Below, one piece after another: positions 8,805-14,340 of a stretch of 15,539 nucleotides of DNA. Source of the DNA: a virus. Numbering within the stretch: the stretch's first letter is position 1; every line of letters begins with the position of its first letter. Made by a program: the position numbers and the translations under genes. Below the pieces are notes generated by a model. The model saw only the letters and a program-made list of their open reading frames with translations, had not been told where the DNA came from and ran no database searches. The DNA lies in IMG/VR virus record IMGVR_UViG_3300045988_127212, positions 1-15,539 of that record. One strand, 5' to 3'.

Positions 8805-9263
8805 ATGCCGGCAACAACAAGCACGCTAAACCTGCCCTATCCTCTTGACAGTGATCGCTTGGAAGACTTTCCGACGATCGCAAAGCAATCCGCGCAACTG
8901 ATCGACCAAGCCGCAACCACAAAAGCCGTTGTTTTGCCGGTATTTGATGACGCTTGGCGACATGACCCAGACGGCGGCCTGGTACGAAGCGTGAACGGCG
9001 TACACCACCTAAACATTTCATTGCGCCGCATTAAAAACAGCTTCCACATGGACGCAAACGGCATCGTTGACATTTATCGCGTTAACAATCTTGTTAAGGT
9101 TCCCAACACGCGCGAATGGGTATTCTGTGGCTCTATCTACGGCCCGGGTGTTTGGCCTATGCCAGTGTTCCTAGATAAAGGCCTTGTTCGAGTGCTCTGT
9201 TATGGCCCGGTGGACTTTACAAAGGATTCTGTTTACCGTGGTTCGGCGGTGTGGACAGCATGA
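8805..9263 (+). CDS. Minor tail protein, possible receptor-binding component
   Basis: 152 aa. The N-terminal LNLPYPLDSD...IAKQSAQLID motif recurs in actinophage minor tail/fiber proteins. A strong RBS (gaaaggacaaaaggac) precedes the ATG. Confidence 0.5.
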   Translation: MPATTSTLNLPYPLDSDRLEDFPTIAKQSAQLIDQAATTKAVVLPVFDDAWRHDPDGGLVRSVNGVHHLNISLRRIKNSFHMDANGIVDIYRVNNLVKVPNTREWVFCGSIYGPGVWPMPVFLDKGLVRVLCYGPVDFTKDSVYRGSAVWTA

Positions 9264-10012
9264 CCATTCACCCGAACTACGCTGTAACCGACGTTCGCGA
9301 ATCCCCGAACTACGACCCAGGCCGCCCGCTAGGCGGCCCCACGGGAATCGTCATCCACTGGTGGGGCCTCCCCGAACGGGGACAAACACACGACCAGGTA
9401 GTTAATTACCTCATAAACGGCAACCGTGCTAACCCCACATCCGCCCATTACGTCGCATCTGTAGGCCGTGTCACTCAGCTTGTGTCGGACGGTGACCGCG
9501 CGTGGCATTGCGCCGGAAACAACATGCGGACAATCGGTATCGAGTGCCATCCCGCCGCGCTCGACGGCGACATGAAGACGATCGCCCGCCTTATCGCAGC
9601 GATTCGGAGCGAATGGGGACCGCTACCGCTTTCACGGCATTGTGACCACTTCGCTACCGCTTGCCCTGGCAACTATAAAGACAAACTCGAAACTCTCGAC
9701 TATCTCGCAACACACGAAGGAGACAATGATATGCAACTCAGCGACCAGGTAACCCGACCCGACGGACACACCGCAACCGTGAACGACGTTCTTGCCTATA
9801 TTGACATGCGCATTGAACGCATCGAATCCGTGCTAATCGGTGGACAAGACAAGAAAGGCGAAGACGGCAAACCAACCGGCGCACGCACCAACGTCTTTGA
9901 TGAAGCCGCCTGGAACGCAACCAATTTCGCGCGCGTGTACGCCGGCATTGAAGCGCTTTCGAAGCGCGTTGACGACCTTGTGAACCTTATTGAAGTTGGT
10001 GCATCAAAGTGA
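9260..10012 (+). CDS. Endolysin, N-acetylmuramoyl-L-alanine amidase (Amidase_2/PGRP, T7-lysozyme-like) with an unassigned C-terminal ~100 aa
   Basis: Motifs GIVIHWWG, SAHYVAS, RAWHCAGNNMRTIGIE and SRHCDHFATACPG match the Zn-ligand His/His/Cys pattern. The track start is GTG 9251; ATG 9260 forms an ATGA overlap with the upstream stop. Confidence 0.85.
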   Translation: MTIHPNYAVTDVRESPNYDPGRPLGGPTGIVIHWWGLPERGQTHDQVVNYLINGNRANPTSAHYVASVGRVTQLVSDGDRAWHCAGNNMRTIGIECHPAALDGDMKTIARLIAAIRSEWGPLPLSRHCDHFATACPGNYKDKLETLDYLATHEGDNDMQLSDQVTRPDGHTATVNDVLAYIDMRIERIESVLIGGQDKKGEDGKPTGARTNVFDEAAWNATNFARVYAGIEALSKRVDDLVNLIEVGASK

Positions 10013-10239
10013 GCGAATCCCCGCGCCATGCAACCCCTCAGCCCATCACGTGGTTAACGCCGCAAGTTCGCGCCTGGCTCTACGGTATCGTCACCGCGCT
10101 TGTGCCTATCTTGACGATTTACGGAATTGTTGACCAGACGGCCGCGCCACTCTGGCTTGCCCTGGCCGCTTCCGTTCTTGGAACGTCAACGGCCCTTGCA
10201 CACACACCGTTTGGCGGCGACAGTGCACGCGATCGCTGA
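10009..10239 (+). CDS. Holin (two transmembrane helices, r1t-holin-like pattern)
   Basis: 76 aa with hydrophobic helices WLYGIVTALVPILTIYGIV and PLWLALAASVLGTSTALA. It follows the endolysin directly with a GTGA overlap. Confidence 0.65.
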   Translation: MSESPRHATPQPITWLTPQVRAWLYGIVTALVPILTIYGIVDQTAAPLWLALAASVLGTSTALAHTPFGGDSARDR

Positions 10240-10516
10240 AATTATCACAGCAACCGGCGGGCTTGGCGGCCTGTCCGCCGCGCTCACAGGCGCAGCGACC
10301 TTGCTTGCCGCCCGCCGCACCCGCGCGCAGCTTGAACCGAATCATGGTTCCAGCGTGAAGGACCAGCTGAACAGGATTGAACAGGAGCTAAATAACCACG
10401 GTACGCAGTTGCTCCAAATCACGCATCGAATAGATAGCGTTGACGATCATGCGCATGACACGCACCGTGAAATTAACCAGCGACTTTCAGCCCTGGAACA
10501 CGGCCGGCGACGCTAG
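10223..10516 (+). CDS. Small membrane protein with a C-terminal coiled coil, a possible lysis accessory
   Basis: The track ORF 10127..10516 overlaps the holin by 113 nt, and its N-terminus is rich in Arg, Pro and His. The in-frame GTG 10223 gives about 97 aa: a TM segment (IAEIITATGGLGGLSAALTGAATLLAA) followed by a helical region (VKDQLNRIEQELNNHGTQLLQI..). Confidence 0.45.
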   Translation: MHAIAEIITATGGLGGLSAALTGAATLLAARRTRAQLEPNHGSSVKDQLNRIEQELNNHGTQLLQITHRIDSVDDHAHDTHREINQRLSALEHGRRR

Positions 10517-11325
10517 GCGGCGGCTTCGACAACACGCCTTAGCGTATCGTCAGCGAGCTGCAAATACACTAGCGTCGTTTCCGGCGACGCGTGCCCAAGA
10601 ATCCGCTGCACAGCAACCAAATCGCGCGTAGCCCTGTACGCGCGCGTCGTAAACCTATGACGAAGCGAATGCATGGAAACGCCGGCCGGCATTTCCCGCG
10701 AAATCAACTTCCCTAGCCACGCGGCGCTAATATGGCCGTCTTCCTTCCCCGGAAAAACAAAGCCATTGAAGCGCTGTAATTCGCCGGCAATCGCCGCAGG
10801 TAGTGGGACAATCCTTGTTTTATTGCCCTTGCCATGAACGATTAGCGCCATGCCTTCCGGTGTTTCGATTAGATCGCGATCGACATTGATACACGCCACT
10901 TCCGCGCGCCTTAAACCCGTTTCTACGGATATCCGCGCTGCTAGGCGTACCCTCCAATCTCTGGATAGTAGGCACGCTTGTAAAGTCGCGTCGCTTGCAG
11001 GATGGGGAGCCGCCGGCGTTTTTCGCACGCTTGGAATCTTCGGCACGTCTTGAATGTAGCCATTTGATTTAGCCCAGGCGTAGAACCCCTTCACGGTCTG
11101 GTGCGCACTTCGCCGCGTTGCCTGTGACCAGTTTTGAGCCGCTGACCAGTCAATAACGCTAGTCAGTTCCACGTTAAACGGCTCTACCTGGACCCAGCGC
11201 GCAAACCGCGCTAACCAATCTCGCCTAAGCGCCGCCGTCTTCGGCGTACAGCCCGCCGCTAGTAAGAATCTTTCATACGCCGCTACCGGTCCCGCCCAAC
11301 CCGCCGGCATCGTCATAGTGAACAT
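10513..11325 (-). CDS. int: Tyrosine integrase / site-specific recombinase (short, Xer-like, no arm-binding domain apparent)
   Basis: 270 aa. Catalytic signature: ETGLRRAEV (Arg), HGKGNKTR (Lys), HSLRHRF (His-x-x-Arg), LGHAS (His), TLVYLQ (Tyr). The C-terminus is ..VVEAAA. Confidence 0.93.
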   Translation of the reverse strand: MFTMTMPAGWAGPVAAYERFLLAAGCTPKTAALRRDWLARFARWVQVEPFNVELTSVIDWSAAQNWSQATRRSAHQTVKGFYAWAKSNGYIQDVPKIPSVRKTPAAPHPASDATLQACLLSRDWRVRLAARISVETGLRRAEVACINVDRDLIETPEGMALIVHGKGNKTRIVPLPAAIAGELQRFNGFVFPGKEDGHISAAWLGKLISREMPAGVSMHSLRHRFTTRAYRATRDLVAVQRILGHASPETTLVYLQLADDTLRRVVEAAA

Positions 11326-11335
11326 ATACAGATAA

Positions 11336-11677
11336 TTACGCGGCGGCGCTCAGCTCGCATTCAGAATCGCTAACGGCGTAACCGTCGATAGTCTCCCAAT
11401 CCCGAGGTTGCAGGTTCGAGTCCTGTCGGGGGCGCAACTCGATACTTGGCGTGCCGTCTGAGTTATCCGTTACGAGATAAGCGACAGACACACCAAGGAC
11501 ATCGGCAACTGTGGGAAGGTCTTCAAGTGGCCATGCCCGCCCGCCGCGCCACCGCTTCGAAATCGTCGCTTGCTGCAAGCCAAGCGCATGTGCAATATCC
11601 CCTTGATAAAGGCCACGACGCGCCGCCTCTGCACGAATGTTTGACGCGACCACATCAACAAGATTTGTTGTACTCAT
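11336..11677 (-). CDS. HTH (Cro/C1-type) immunity repressor. The ORF contains the tRNA-like attP core, and the C-terminus is ..ELSAAA.
   Basis: 113 aa. HTH: GDIAHALGLQQATISKRWRGG. It is divergent from a Cro-like gene across an AT-rich region and lies 10 nt upstream of int on the same strand. Confidence 0.8.
   Translation of the reverse strand: MSTTNLVDVVASNIRAEAARRGLYQGDIAHALGLQQATISKRWRGGRAWPLEDLPTVADVLGVSVAYLVTDNSDGTPSIELRPRQDSNLQPRDWETIDGYAVSDSECELSAAA
11393..11436 (+). other. Putative attP common core: the 3' part of a tRNA (variable loop, T-arm, 3' acceptor strand), not a complete tRNA gene
   Basis: It reads CTCCCAA TCCCG AGGTT GCAGG TTCGAGT CCTGT CGGGGGC G. The T-stem GCAGG/CCTGT and canonical T-loop TTCGAGT are present. 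No D-arm or complementary 5' acceptor strand lies upstream. It is adjacent to int. Confidence 0.7.
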
Positions 11678-11778
11678 GCGGAAAGTGTATACCGAAACGG
11701 CATAACTAGCAATAGTTTGGACACTAAAAGTTCAATACGGCTTGATTTTTTATTTTCCGATATGGAATACTAATTTCC
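11678..11778. promoter_or_regulatory. Divergent early regulatory region (repressor vs Cro-like promoters and operators), AT-rich
   Basis: This 101-bp gap between divergent HTH genes is about one-third GC by hand count. It has short dyads TTCC-N5-GGAA (11755..11767), GGAA-N7-TTCC (11764..11778) and GTATAC (11687..11692). Neither start codon has a Shine-Dalgarno sequence. Confidence 0.6.
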
Positions 11779-12024
11779 ATGACATCAACGCAAACCGTCG
11801 TGACTCGCGTAGTACGGAACTACCTGCACGACTCAGGAATTTCGCAGCGGTCACTAGCCGCTGAACTTGGCGTTACACAAGCCACTTTGAGCCGCAAGCT
11901 TTCAGGAATCCGCACCTGGTCACTAGATGATCTTGACCAACTTATTCAAATCGGCGTGCCGATTGGTCTTGATGTTTTTGGCGCTGCGGTCAATGAGGAA
12001 TACGCACAAAAGGAGTCCAAATGA
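11779..12024 (+). CDS. Cro-like HTH regulator, first gene of the early rightward operon
   Basis: 81 aa. HTH: QRSLAAELGVTQATLSRKLSG. It is clearly similar to the repressor across LGxxQATxSxxxxGxRxWxLxDL. Confidence 0.65.
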   Translation: MTSTQTVVTRVVRNYLHDSGISQRSLAAELGVTQATLSRKLSGIRTWSLDDLDQLIQIGVPIGLDVFGAAVNEEYAQKESK

Positions 12025-12239
12025 ACCCGGTAAGCAATCTTCGACAGCTTGTTTATGTAATGAACGCACTCTGCAAGGTTGATTGTCTGCTTGCTGACCT
12101 GCAGCTTAAGGCAAAAGACGAGCTCGCAGAGTCAGAGAAAGCCGAGCGCGCGCTACTGATTCTGCGCTTAGAACTTCGAAAGGGAATCGCTGACGGCTTC
12201 GGCATTTTTGGAGACGAAGGTGAAACCGATGAACTTTAA
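12021..12239 (+). CDS. Hypothetical small helical/acidic protein
   Basis: 72 aa with AGGAG (12010..12014) upstream and an ATGA overlap with the cro-like stop. Confidence 0.6.
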   Translation: MNPVSNLRQLVYVMNALCKVDCLLADLQLKAKDELAESEKAERALLILRLELRKGIADGFGIFGDEGETDEL

Positions 12240-12405
12240 TAAATCGCTGTTTGCTTCGTTCGTTGTCTTCGCGTTAATGCTTATCTCAATTCTTGTTGCG
12301 TCGTTCATGTTCGACGGTTACCGCATTACGTGGCCTCATTACGCGGCTTTCGGTACTGCTCTTGCCTGGTACGGTGTAGAGCTTCACAGGAGCGAAGAAA
12401 AGTGA
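12229..12405 (+). CDS. Hypothetical small membrane protein (two hydrophobic helices)
   Basis: The track ORF starts at TTG 12208. ATG 12229 is preferred because GAAGG lies 8 nt upstream. The sequence reads MNFNKSLFASFVVFALMLISILVASFMF...HYAAFGTALAWYGV. Confidence 0.55.
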   Translation: MNFNKSLFASFVVFALMLISILVASFMFDGYRITWPHYAAFGTALAWYGVELHRSEEK

Positions 12406-13211
12406 CGCGCCGGCTTACCGCTCACGCTAGCGTTTTCACAATCCTTGACGCGCTCAGGCGCGCAGGGTGGGGTGTTCTACGCGGCCCGGCGTTCCGTTGT
12501 CACCGCGCTATTCTTGACTCGCTTGTAGCCGCTTCGCGTAATCAACGATCGGATTACGCAGGATTCTTCACGATCACCACTAACCAGCTCGCAGACCGCG
12601 CAGGTTATACAGATCGACACATTCGCGCTTGCTTACCTGACCTTGAAGACCTTGGCGTGATTACGTGGCACAGGGGCGGCGTTGTGGAAGGCCGCCCGCG
12701 TCCTGGACACATGCGCATTAACAAGAAGACGCTTGTTGACCTGGTACACGCCGCGCGACCTGTTTATGACCGACTGTTGAACCAGCGTCGCCGTGAAACG
12801 TCTGAACGTTTGCGCAAGCTCAACCGCGCCGTTCTATTTCCGCAAAAACCCCGCCGTGTTTCAGTGGATAACTCCCATGCGGAAATGAATTCATGCCTTC
12901 CTCTTAACAGGAGAGCAAGCGCAACCAGCGCGCTTGCTCATGCACAGAAAGCTTCTCCCGCTGTGGATACAGCGGTTAAGAAGAAAGGACAAACTGAATT
13001 GCGTGTAATCACGTTCCAATCATACATGAATAAGAAGTATCCGAACGCTCACACTGACCTATGGGCACTGTGCGATATTGACCCGGTAGCACAGGAGCTA
13101 GCAGAGCGCGGCGCAATGACTTATGAAGAGATTCGACGGCTGGAAACTGATTCGCATTTAGAACATGCGAACTTGGCCGGCGTTAGCGTGGTAGATATAT
13201 ATGAACGCTGA
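12402..13211 (+). CDS. Putative replication initiator / winged-helix DNA-binding protein
   Basis: GTG 12402 is preceded by AGGAG (12389..12393) and forms a GTGA overlap with the upstream stop. The track start 12330 would overlap the membrane ORF. The wHTH-like segment is FFTITTNQLADRAGYTDRHIRACLPDLEDLGVITWHRGG. It is the only candidate replication gene in the genome. Confidence 0.4.
   Translation: MTRRLTAHASVFTILDALRRAGWGVLRGPAFRCHRAILDSLVAASRNQRSDYAGFFTITTNQLADRAGYTDRHIRACLPDLEDLGVITWHRGGVVEGRPRPGHMRINKKTLVDLVHAARPVYDRLLNQRRRETSERLRKLNRAVLFPQKPRRVSVDNSHAEMNSCLPLNRRASATSALAHAQKASPAVDTAVKKKGQTELRVITFQSYMNKKYPNAHTDLWALCDIDPVAQELAERGAMTYEEIRRLETDSHLEHANLAGVSVVDIYER
12913..12939. repeat. Perfect 10-bp inverted repeat GAGCAAGCGC-N7-GCGCTTGCTC inside the initiator gene
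   Basis: Read directly from the sequence. It is flanked by two DnaA-box-like 9-mers (12863..12871 and 12962..12970) and a 10-bp palindrome ATGAATTCAT (12885..12894). Confidence 0.8.
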
Positions 13212-13395
13212 GGACGATCGTTACCGAATCAAGGTCGCTATTCACTCTGTTCTAGACAGCATTCTGGACGCGAAGGAAACTCTTCCTAGCTCACCTTCTT
13301 CATGCTCTACAACGCAGCTCAAATTACATACGCAGCTTAACGAAGCTCATAATCTCATGCTGCACGCGCTGTATCTCACGAATCAGGTGGACTAA
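13201..13395 (+). CDS. Hypothetical protein
   Basis: 64 aa. It overlaps the upstream gene by 11 nt and the downstream gene by a TAATG junction; I recognise no motif. Confidence 0.5.
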   Translation: MNAEDDRYRIKVAIHSVLDSILDAKETLPSSPSSCSTTQLKLHTQLNEAHNLMLHALYLTNQVD

Positions 13396-13607
13396 TGCAA
13401 GCGACAGCATGGACCGAAGAAGACTGCGCAAACTTCCTACAGGTTGATAAAGAGCTATTGAGGAAGCTCAGGCAGCGCGGCGGCGGGCCGCCGTTCGTGA
13501 AAGTAGGTAGAGCCGTTAGGTATATTCCCGCGCACGTCTCACGTTGGCTAGACGCTAACGCATCGACCACCACACAGACCGAACAACGACCGCTAATAAT
13601 CTCATGA
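13395..13607 (+). CDS. Excisionase-family (MerR/HTH_17-like) DNA-binding protein, candidate recombination directionality factor
   Basis: 70 aa. WTEEDCANFLQVDKELLRKLRQRGGGPPFVKVGRAVRYIPAHVSRWLD matches the excisionase-type HTH pattern (lt..e.a.yl.v....l..l...g..P.vk.Gr.vry....v..wl). Confidence 0.6.
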   Translation: MQATAWTEEDCANFLQVDKELLRKLRQRGGGPPFVKVGRAVRYIPAHVSRWLDANASTTTQTEQRPLIIS

Positions 13608-13900
13608 GAGACGATTGGACCAGCCTATCTAACAAGAAACGCAGAGCGTTCACGCTTGAACTTATCCGCATCTACGGCAACATCTGTTGCCTATGCGGAC
13701 TAAGGATTAAGCCAGGCGAAGAATCATGCGAACACCTTGTCCCCAGGAGCAAAGGCGGACGCACTACCTTCGCGAACTGTAGACCAGCGCACATTAGTTG
13801 TAACTGCTCTAAGCGAGACACTGAATATTTAGGCCCATCAGCGGTTATTTACGAAGGATTGTCTTCGCTGCTCGACGCACAAACCCGTTTTTCTGGCTAA
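13604..13900 (+). CDS. HNH endonuclease, packaging-associated
   Basis: 98 aa with CCLCG...CEHLVPRSKGGRTTFANCRPAHISCNCSK (Cys-pair plus His-Asn-His motif). It lies immediately upstream of the terminase genes. Confidence 0.8.
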   Translation: MRDDWTSLSNKKRRAFTLELIRIYGNICCLCGLRIKPGEESCEHLVPRSKGGRTTFANCRPAHISCNCSKRDTEYLGPSAVIYEGLSSLLDAQTRFSG

Positions 13901-13902
13901 AA

Positions 13903-13921
13903 GCACGGTGGTACACCGTGC
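13903..13921 (+). terminator. Stem-loop GCACGGTG-GTA-CACCGTGC after the early operon; possible terminator or part of cos
   Basis: Perfect 8-bp stem with a 3-nt loop, 2 nt after the HNH stop. No U-tract follows; instead there is a C8 run (13937..13944) and A-tracts. Confidence 0.35.
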
Positions 13922-13977
13922 GCTAGCTCGAAAAGTCCCCCCCCAAAAACACCTAAAAAAAATGGAAGTTGCAAAAA

Positions 13978-14340
13978 ATGGACTTTGAAGACGTCCCGTT
14001 ATCTACCGAAATATTCGGTAAATATACAGGGGATTCAGTCGAAAAGCCCGGGATTGTGGAAGATGCCTACCGTAGGCAGATAGATTCACTCAAAAACGCC
14101 GGGTATTTGGACGACACACACGCCGGCCTTATCTCCCTGGTGCTTAAAGCCGCGCGCGCCGTGGACGATATTAAACCGACCGACGCAGCTAGCGGCCGCG
14201 CTCAGCTGTTTAAGGCCCTGAACGACATTGCGGACAAACTTCCGCGCGCCGTTGAACAAGCCGCTGACCCGTTGCACGCCTTGACGGCCCTTCTTGACTC
14301 TCGCACACTTCCTATGCCCGCTGACCCACGCGAAAACTGA
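13978..14340 (+). CDS. terS: Terminase small subunit, putative
   Basis: The track ORF starts at TTG 13969. ATG 13978 is preferred because GGAAG (13964..13968) lies upstream. The product is about 120 aa, directly upstream of and overlapping (ATGA) terL. Assignment is mainly by position. Confidence 0.55.
   Translation: MDFEDVPLSTEIFGKYTGDSVEKPGIVEDAYRRQIDSLKNAGYLDDTHAGLISLVLKAARAVDDIKPTDAASGRAQLFKALNDIADKLPRAVEQAADPLHALTALLDSRTLPMPADPREN

Noticed and set aside
10127-10222. N-terminal extension of ORF 10127..10516 from ATG 10127.
   Set aside because: It would overlap the holin gene by 113 nt and encode an Arg/Pro/His-rich segment unlike a real protein. The in-frame GTG 10223 gives a sensible TM plus coiled-coil protein. 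This remains uncertain.
10440-10631. Plus-strand 63-aa ORF crossing from the last late gene into the integrase 3' end.
   Set aside because: It is out of frame within 10223..10516 and antisense to int, with a low-complexity product.
11320-11440. A complete tRNA gene overlapping the repressor.
   Set aside because: Only the variable loop, T-arm and 3' acceptor strand are present. There is no D-arm, no complementary 5' acceptor strand (GCCCCCG) and no paired 5' anticodon-stem strand upstream. The anticodon-loop-like CTCCCAA would read CCC, but homology to the host tRNA may not extend that far, so I make no isoacceptor call.
11446-11709. Plus-strand ORF (87 aa) and minus-strand ORF 11470..11661 (63 aa, out of frame) overlapping the repressor gene.
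   Set aside because: The 87-aa ORF is antisense to a well-supported HTH gene and the 63-aa ORF lies out of frame within it. Neither has an RBS or a recognisable motif, and the 87-aa ORF would run into the divergent promoter region.
12330-12401. Upstream start (ATG 12330) for the initiator ORF.
   Set aside because: It overlaps the small membrane ORF by 76 nt and encodes a Cys/Arg-rich stretch. GTG 12402 has an AGGAG 9 nt upstream and a GTGA stop-start overlap like the rest of the operon.
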